Shown here: positions 26,618 to 32,000 of the stretch, one piece after another
How the letters are laid out: each line of letters starts with the position of its first letter
Numbering within the stretch: the stretch's first letter is position 1
DNA from: Aquifex aeolicus VF5
GTDB lineage: Bacteria > Aquificota > Aquificia > Aquificales > Aquificaceae
DNA: 32,000 bases
Assembly: GCF_000008625.1 (NCBI RefSeq)
Contig: NC_000918.1
Location: 1-32,000, forward strand
Direction: 5' to 3'
Notes under the pieces: model-generated
Seen by the model: only the letters and a program-made list of their open reading frames with translations
Told to the model about the DNA's origin: nothing
Database searches by the model: none
Position numbers and translations under genes: made by a program

Positions 26618-27340
26618 TTAATGATATCCGAGTCTCTTGAGGAGGTTTTCTCTGTACTTCCAGAGAAGGAGTCCCATAACGATGAAGTAGGCTATAACGA
26701 TTACTCCCATAACTGTTCTCTTTGCGGATTCCTTAGGAGGAGGAGTATTTACGGACTTCATGTAAGCCACGATTTTTGCAACCTTTTCCTTCGCCTGAGG
26801 GTCAAACTGAGGGTTAAAAAGCTGAGGCATTGTCGTTCCGGGAAGAACTTTTTGAGGGTTGAGAATAAACTGGTAGAGATATCCTTCTCCCCTTGCAAGG
26901 TACATGGAAGAAAGGTCGGGCGGTACTTGCCCGAGGGAAGCTTTCAGTCCCTGAATGTCGTCGTGGGCAAAAGCTTCGTAAACGTCCTTGGGAACGAAGA
27001 ACCTGTCTTTATACAGAGTTCCGAACCTGTATACAGGTCTTCCAGATGTCTTTTCTATATTTTTCCACTTGGGATTTGCAGCAACGCTCATTATGTATAT
27101 CCCGTCGTACCTGAGTGAGTGACAGGAAGAACAACTGGCTATAAAGAGTTCTCTTCCTTCTTCAGCTATAGTCTTTCCGCTTTCAGTCTTTTTCCACGGG
27201 TTGTCTATTATCGCCTTTACTTCTTCGTCAACCTCGTAGTGTTCAACGTGCTTAAAAGGATTGTAAAACCAGAGGAGGAAGAAAAAGACGAGGGTTGAAC
27301 CTGCAAAAAATATAGTTTTTATTAAGCCCCACGTGTTCAT
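26618..27340 (-). CDS. petC: Cytochrome c1 subunit of the cytochrome bc1 complex
   Basis: 240 aa. N-terminal TM segment, heme-binding CSSCH, PPDLS and TTMP (Met ligand region), and a C-terminal TM anchor. 4-nt overlap with petB. Confidence 0.88.
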   Translation of the reverse strand: MNTWGLIKTIFFAGSTLVFFFLLWFYNPFKHVEHYEVDEEVKAIIDNPWKKTESGKTIAEEGRELFIASCSSCHSLRYDGIYIMSVAANPKWKNIEKTSGRPVYRFGTLYKDRFFVPKDVYEAFAHDDIQGLKASLGQVPPDLSSMYLARGEGYLYQFILNPQKVLPGTTMPQLFNPQFDPQAKEKVAKIVAYMKSVNTPPPKESAKRTVMGVIVIAYFIVMGLLLWKYRENLLKRLGYH

Positions 27341-28566
27341 TCTTGCTGACCTCCCTTTGCTTTATACCAACCGTACTCGATGAACGAAATTATTGGCAGA
27401 GATATGAAGAAGGCAAATACAAGTGCGGCAAATATGAGTCCGAGTTTTGCGTTCTGGGGTGTGGGAGGCATAGTTCCGAGTATCGTGAGAGCCATTGAGG
27501 AAATCATGAATATTACGAACATTACGAAGAATAGAGGTCTTCTCCTTGCACTCTTGAGCGGAGAGAAGTCGAGGAATGGCAGTAGTAAGAGGAGTAACAG
27601 TAGTGCGTTAAATGCAACAAATCCCCAGAACTTGGAGGGTATTGACCTAAAGACTTCGTAGTATCCGAGCAGGTACCACTCAGGCGCTATGTGAGCGGGG
27701 GTCTTAAGGGGGTTTGCGGGTTCAAAGTTCTCAGGCGGTAGGAAGTGGCTTATATGGAAGAACACGAAGAAGAAGAATACTGCGAGATACCACATTACGT
27801 AAGCGCCTTCCTTGAGGGTCATGTAAGGGTGGAAAGGTACGAACTTATCGGGATTTTTCTTCTTGTCGTACTCAATACCTTCAGGGTTGGATATTCCTGC
27901 GGCTCTCACGAGGTATAGGTGTATTCCTACAAGTGCAAGGAGTATGAGCGGGTATATGAGAACGTGAGAACCGAAAACTCTACCGAGGGTAACGTCCGTG
28001 ACGACGTATCCTCCCTTCATCCAGAGAACTATAGTTTCAGCTATGGCTTTGAAGATAGGCTTCAGTATAGGTGCATCTGCAAGAGAACCGGGAATTTCGG
28101 TAGTAACGATGAATCCCCAGTAAGAGAGCTGTCCCCACGGAAGGAGGTATCCCGAGAGTGCGGTGAGTATTAAAACAAAGTATATGAGCCATCCCACTAT
28201 CCAGACGAGTTCTCTTGGTCTTTTGTAAGCGTTGTAGTAAATTCCCGTGAACATGTGGAGGTAAACGATAGCCATAAAGAAGTTAGCACCGGTGCGTGTA
28301 TGTGCCTGAAGAGCCATCCGAAGGGAATTTCTCCCATTATCGAGTAGGTGCACTGTCAAAAGCGTCTGCGATTGAAGGTTGTAGTAGAGTATGAGAACCA
28401 TTCCAGAGATTATTTGGATTGCAAATGTGACGAGTGCGAGTATACCGAAAACATATGGGAAGGTGAGGTTCTTGGCAACTTTGTATTCAACCATCTGGGT
28501 TCTGTAAATCTCCCTTACGTGAGCCCTTTCATCAATCCAGTCAACTATCTTTTCTATTAATCCCAT
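27337..28566 (-). CDS. petB: Cytochrome b subunit of the bc1 complex (segment 28293..28380 appears frame-scrambled)
   Basis: 409 aa. Typical cytochrome b helices, PEWY motif (APEWYLLGYY), GANFFMAIVYLHMF. The conserved FGWLFRHIH block is found only in an alternative frame. Confidence 0.92.
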   Translation of the reverse strand: MGLIEKIVDWIDERAHVREIYRTQMVEYKVAKNLTFPYVFGILALVTFAIQIISGMVLILYYNLQSQTLLTVHLLDNGRNSLRMALQAHTRTGANFFMAIVYLHMFTGIYYNAYKRPRELVWIVGWLIYFVLILTALSGYLLPWGQLSYWGFIVTTEIPGSLADAPILKPIFKAIAETIVLWMKGGYVVTDVTLGRVFGSHVLIYPLILLALVGIHLYLVRAAGISNPEGIEYDKKKNPDKFVPFHPYMTLKEGAYVMWYLAVFFFFVFFHISHFLPPENFEPANPLKTPAHIAPEWYLLGYYEVFRSIPSKFWGFVAFNALLLLLLLLPFLDFSPLKSARRRPLFFVMFVIFMISSMALTILGTMPPTPQNAKLGLIFAALVFAFFISLPIISFIEYGWYKAKGGQQE

Positions 28567-28579
28567 ATTCCCACCTCCT

Positions 28580-29125
28580 TTATATGAGTTCCTTTACAAA
28601 TCCCTCAACACCGACGATAAGTTTATTGCCCTCTAACTTTTGAGGAGGTATAAATAGAGGTCTCGGTGGTGGTCCTCCTATTACGTCTCCGTAGGGTGTG
28701 TATAACCCTCCGTGACAAGGACAGTGGAAGACAGGCTTATTAATACCCCCCTCTCCTTGAGGCTTCCACAGGGGAATACATCCGAGGTGCGTGCAAACTC
28801 CCACGAGAGCAAAGACATCGTGACCTTTGAGTATTTCGTAATTAGTCGTCCCCTTAGAGTTTAGTGCTCCTTTTTTGAGGGTGTACCCTTCGGGTTTGAA
28901 GTCCTTAGGCAGTCTTATTGCGAAGAGCGTTTTACCTTTCCAGGACGTGACTCTCACCTGCATCGGCTGGATTTTTGAAACGTCGATTTCCGTTTTGGCT
29001 CCAAGAGCGGCTATTTCTGAGGGTTCGAGCATTACCCTTACGAGGGCGTAGAGGGCTCCCAGTCCCCCTACAGCCCCGAGAGCCCCAATTCCTATACTTA
29101 TAAAATCCCTTCTCGAGGCTTCCAT
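28580..29125 (-). CDS. petA: Rieske iron-sulfur subunit of the bc1 complex
   Basis: 181 aa. Twin-arginine signal SRRDFI and the 2Fe-2S boxes CTHLGC and CPCHGG. SD AGGAGGTGG upstream. Confidence 0.93.
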   Translation of the reverse strand: MEASRRDFISIGIGALGAVGGLGALYALVRVMLEPSEIAALGAKTEIDVSKIQPMQVRVTSWKGKTLFAIRLPKDFKPEGYTLKKGALNSKGTTNYEILKGHDVFALVGVCTHLGCIPLWKPQGEGGINKPVFHCPCHGGLYTPYGDVIGGPPPRPLFIPPQKLEGNKLIVGVEGFVKELI

Positions 29126-29247
29126 AATACCACCTCCTGAAATTTAAGTAAACCAAACTATATTTTACTACTCGGCGGTGAAAATTTTTATAAAAATTTC
29201 GTTATATATACATAAAGTTAATTAAAGGTTAGGAAGTTAAAATAAAC
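29126..29247. promoter_or_regulatory. Divergent AT-rich control region between petABC and pyrD
   Basis: At 122 bp this is the largest non-coding stretch in the window. It contains TATA-like hexamers on both strands and an imperfect 21-bp inverted repeat GAAAATTTTTATAAAAATTTC (29180-29200). Promoter positions are not determined. Confidence 0.35.
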
Positions 29248-30171
29248 TTGATGGACCTGAGCGTGGAACTCTTCGGCATACGCTTTAAGAATCCCGTCTG
29301 GGTTGCAAGCGGGACCTTTGGCTACGGCGTGGAAGCTGCGGAAATCTACGATATATCAAAACTCGGAGCAGTAGTCACAAAAGGTCTCTCACTCAAGGAA
29401 AGGCTCGGGAACGAAACCCCGAGAATTGTGGAAACCCCCTGTGGCATGCTCAACTCCATAGGTCTTCAAAATCCGGGAGTGGAAAAGTTCCTAAAAGAGA
29501 TTTACCCCAAGATAAAAGACGTGGACACTCACTTCATAGCTAACGTCTTCGGTGAAACGGAAGAGGAGTACGTGGAAGTTTGTATGGCTCTGGAAGATGC
29601 TGACAAGATTGTGGCTTACGAGCTGAATGTTTCCTGTCCCAACGTGAAGAAGGGAGGAATCCTCTTCGGACACGACCCTGTAATCCTCGGAAATCTCGTT
29701 GACAGAATAAAGGCGAAAATAAAAAAACCCCTCCTTGTAAAACTCTCTCCAAATGTGACCGACGTTACCGAGTTTGCGAAGGTATGTATAGAAAACGGAG
29801 CTGATGGACTCGTTTTGATAAACACATTAATGGGAATGAAGATAAACATATGGAAGAGGAAACCAGACCTTGCCACCAAAACGGGAGGACTATCCGGACC
29901 TGCGATACTGCCCATAGCGGTGAGGATGATTTATCAGGTTTACGAGAAGTTCGGCGACAGAATTCCCATAATAGGAGTGGGAGGGATAACCACATGGGAA
30001 GACGCCATGGAACACGTAATGGCGGGGGCAAGTGCAGTTCAGGTGGGAACCGCAAACTTCTACGAGCCCTTAGCACCCTTAAAGGTCATAGAAGGGATTG
30101 AAAACTTTATGAAATCTCAGAATATCAAAGACTTCAAAGAATTAATCGGGATTGCCCACAGAGTAGAATAA
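29248..30171 (+). CDS. pyrD: Dihydroorotate dehydrogenase, class 1 catalytic subunit
   Basis: 307 aa. [30 protein letters not shown] (catalytic Cys), GGLSGP and IGVGGI blocks. Start is TTG 29248 or, more likely, ATG 29251. Confidence 0.92.
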   Translation: MMDLSVELFGIRFKNPVWVASGTFGYGVEAAEIYDISKLGAVVTKGLSLKERLGNETPRIVETPCGMLNSIGLQNPGVEKFLKEIYPKIKDVDTHFIANVFGETEEEYVEVCMALEDADKIVAYELNVSCPNVKKGGILFGHDPVILGNLVDRIKAKIKKPLLVKLSPNVTDVTEFAKVCIENGADGLVLINTLMGMKINIWKRKPDLATKTGGLSGPAILPIAVRMIYQVYEKFGDRIPIIGVGGITTWEDAMEHVMAGASAVQVGTANFYEPLAPLKVIEGIENFMKSQNIKDFKELIGIAHRVE

Positions 30172-30178
30172 AGACATT

Positions 30179-30478
30179 ATGGTTAGGAAGCTGAGCGAAG
30201 AAGAAGTAAAGAGGGAACTTGAAAATCTGGAAGGCTGGGAATTCTGTAAAGATTACATACAGAAGGAGTTTTCCACAAAGAACTGGAAGACCACCATATT
30301 CGTGGTGAACGCCATAGCCTCTCTGGCGGAAGCCCAGTGGCACCACCCAGATTTAGAAGTCAGCTTTAAAAAGGTAAAGGTTAAACTCACCACTCACGAA
30401 GCTGGCGGGATAACGGAAAGAGATATTAAATTAGCAAAATCCATAGACGAGTTGGTGAAAGAAATACTAAAGCATTGA
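30179..30478 (+). CDS. phhB: Pterin-4-alpha-carbinolamine dehydratase (PCD/DCoH family)
   Basis: 99 aa. LEGWE..., AEAQWHHPDLEVSFKKVKVKLTTHEAGGIT is the PCD signature. Confidence 0.85.
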   Translation: MVRKLSEEEVKRELENLEGWEFCKDYIQKEFSTKNWKTTIFVVNAIASLAEAQWHHPDLEVSFKKVKVKLTTHEAGGITERDIKLAKSIDELVKEILKH

Positions 30479-32000
30479 TATTTTTCCTTTTTCTCATATT
30501 TTCTCTATCCTTTGGCTTTGAAGTTTATATAAAGTCTAACTATCCATTAAAAAAGGACAATCTGCGTCATGTAATAAACGAGAAGAATTACGCGAAAATC
30601 CTGGAAATGCTTAAGCAAATTCCCGAAATAAGGGAAGTAAGGTATGAAAAACGAAAGGACAAGCTCTTAATTTACGTGGAAAGGTATCCCATAATCAAAG
30701 AGATAAAAATAAAGGGGAACGTTTTTCTGAGAGATGAAGATGTGAAAAACGTTCTTGGAATAGAAGAGGGCATTCCGTTAATAGAGGATAATCCAAAAAC
30801 TTACGAGGAAATTCTTGAAAAGTATTATAAAGAAATCGGTTTTTTAAATGCAGATACCAAAGTGAACATAAGTTTAGACGATAAAGGAAACGCTATTTTC
30901 TACATAAATATTCGCGAGGGGAACCTTTATTTTCTCGAAGATATCCAGTTTGAAGGTGTTAAAAAGCTACAAAAAAAAGAACTGATAAAAGCCTCTGGAC
31001 TTGTAATAGGGAGTATTTTTGATATAGATAAAGTAGAAGACGCAGAGGAGAATTTAGAAAACTTCTACAGAAAAAAAGGTTTTTTTGAGAGTTTCGTTTA
31101 TCTGAAAGGTATAAAAAAAGAAAAATTAAAGAGAAAGTTTAGGGAAGCACTTTTCCCCGAAACGGATTCATTTTTAAAAAGCCTTTCAATCGGTTTAAAA
31201 AATCTCGTGAACCACCCGCTGGCTACGCTTAAGGCTTTAATCGGAAAAGGTAAGGTAGGCATTCCCGTTTATGAGGTATACGAAGGAGAAAGGTATGAAC
31301 TGAAGTTCCTTGGAAATAAGTTTTTTTCGGATGAATACCTGTATTCTCTCTTTGATATAAATACCGTGGGTGTAGACATACTGGTTCTTGAAGGTTTTAA
31401 AGATAAAATAGAGGAAGAGTACAGGAAAAAGGGCTTCTTTGACGTAAATGTAGAGTACGAACTTGAAGATCACAGGATTTTGATAAAGATAAAAGAAGGA
31501 GAAAGGTATAAAGCTAAGGTTTACATAAACGGGAAAAAAATAGAAATTCCTTACGATGAAGAGAAAATTCAAGACTTAATAAGTAAAGAAATCCAATACT
31601 TGGAAAAAATGGGTTACGTTACGGCAACATATGAACTTAAAAAGAAAATAAACAAAGATAAAAAAGAAGTGAACGTTCACGTAAAAATCAACAAAGGAAT
31701 GCGCTACATTGTTTGGAGCTTTAAAATAGAAAGTGAACTTTTCGAGGATTTAAATGAAAAAATTTCACTTAAATTCCCGAAAGCCTTGGATTACGAAACT
31801 TTAGACGAGATTTACAAGGAAATAAATAAAAGGTTACGGGAAAAAGGATACTTTGACGCTAAGGTTTTCACAGATATAAGAATGCAAAAGGTAAAAGATG
31901 CTCTTTTGATGTTTTATAAAGTAAAAGTAATTCCAGGAGAAAGATACGAGTACGGAGATACACTAATTTACGGTCTTGAGAAGACAAGGTTAAAGGAAGC
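30475..32000 (+). CDS. bamA: Outer-membrane protein assembly factor BamA/Omp85 family, N-terminal POTRA region (3' end beyond window)
   Basis: Not in the supplied track. I translated the frame of base 30475 through 32000 and found no stop. TTG start overlaps the phhB stop. Signal-like MIFFLFLIFSLSFG. Five POTRA-like repeats have ends such as YYKEIGFLNA, FYRKKGFFES, EYRKKGFFDV, LEKMGYVTA and LREKGYFDA. Confidence 0.8.
   Translation, partial: MIFFLFLIFSLSFGFEVYIKSNYPLKKDNLRHVINEKNYAKILEMLKQIPEIREVRYEKRKDKLLIYVERYPIIKEIKIKGNVFLRDEDVKNVLGIEEGIPLIEDNPKTYEEILEKYYKEIGFLNADTKVNISLDDKGNAIFYINIREGNLYFLEDIQFEGVKKLQKKELIKASGLVIGSIFDIDKVEDAEENLENFYRKKGFFESFVYLKGIKKEKLKRKFREALFPETDSFLKSLSIGLKNLVNHPLATLKALIGKGKVGIPVYEVYEGERYELKFLGNKFFSDEYLYSLFDINTVGVDILVLEGFKDKIEEEYRKKGFFDVNVEYELEDHRILIKIKEGERYKAKVYINGKKIEIPYDEEKIQDLISKEIQYLEKMGYVTATYELKKKINKDKKEVNVHVKINKGMRYIVWSFKIESELFEDLNEKISLKFPKALDYETLDEIYKEINKRLREKGYFDAKVFTDIRMQKVKDALLMFYKVKVIPGERYEYGDTLIYGLEKTRLKE

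Noticed and set aside
31237-31572. 111-aa minus-strand ORF, the only tracked ORF after 30478
   Set aside because: It is low-complexity (F/Y/I/K-rich) and antisense to an uninterrupted BamA-like POTRA reading frame on the plus strand, which explains the region better.
1-32000. Search for rRNA, tRNA, CRISPR repeats, transposases or integrases, prophage genes and large direct or inverted repeats
   Set aside because: All intergenic spaces are 122 bp or shorter, and every long ORF is assignable to a housekeeping or signalling family. I saw no repeat-spacer periodicity or terminal inverted repeats. I cannot exclude short ncRNAs embedded antisense to genes.

Overview
Gene-dense core chromosome from a thermophilic bacterium, with no sign of an accessory island. 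The K/E-rich proteins, 1-4 nt gene overlaps and scrambled operons look Aquifex-like (Aquificales); that is my recognition and is not verified. Bases 1-9001 (+) carry fusA-tuf and an S10-type ribosomal protein operon (rpsJ-rplC-rplD-rplW-rplB-rpsS-rplV-rpsC-rplP-rpmC-rpsQ). The operon does not continue into rplN and runs instead into aroD. A long minus-strand array of unrelated, tightly packed genes covers 9657-17006: CPBP protease, argD, UDP-glucose dehydrogenase, a small hypothetical, rodA, a ThiS/MoaD-like protein, an SCP2-like protein and a PAS-GGDEF-EAL protein. After it come moeA, a DASS transporter and rtcB (+), a GGDEF cyclase (-), nadD, a Uma2 nuclease-like gene and a dehydrogenase (+). 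Next are hisB, a CBS/GGDEF-like/Cache-like protein, yraN and the cytochrome bc1 operon petABC (all -), then pyrD, a pterin carbinolamine dehydratase and the 5' part of a BamA-like gene (+). The BamA-like ORF is missing from the supplied track because it runs off the window. I found no rRNA, tRNA, CRISPR array, transposase or prophage signal, and no convincing novel multi-gene system. The main curiosities are listed here. (1) S19 is fused in frame to a 128-codon coiled-coil module. (2) A ThiS/MoaD-like protein has a 4-residue tail after its Gly-Gly and overlaps rodA. (3) A sensor protein with a dead GGDEF-like core is coupled to yraN. (4) An in-frame TGA splits a PAS-GGDEF-EAL gene. (5) One-nucleotide frame lesions occur in conserved genes (rplV, rpsC, nadD, petB); I detected them by reading alternative frames, and they most likely mean sequence errors.
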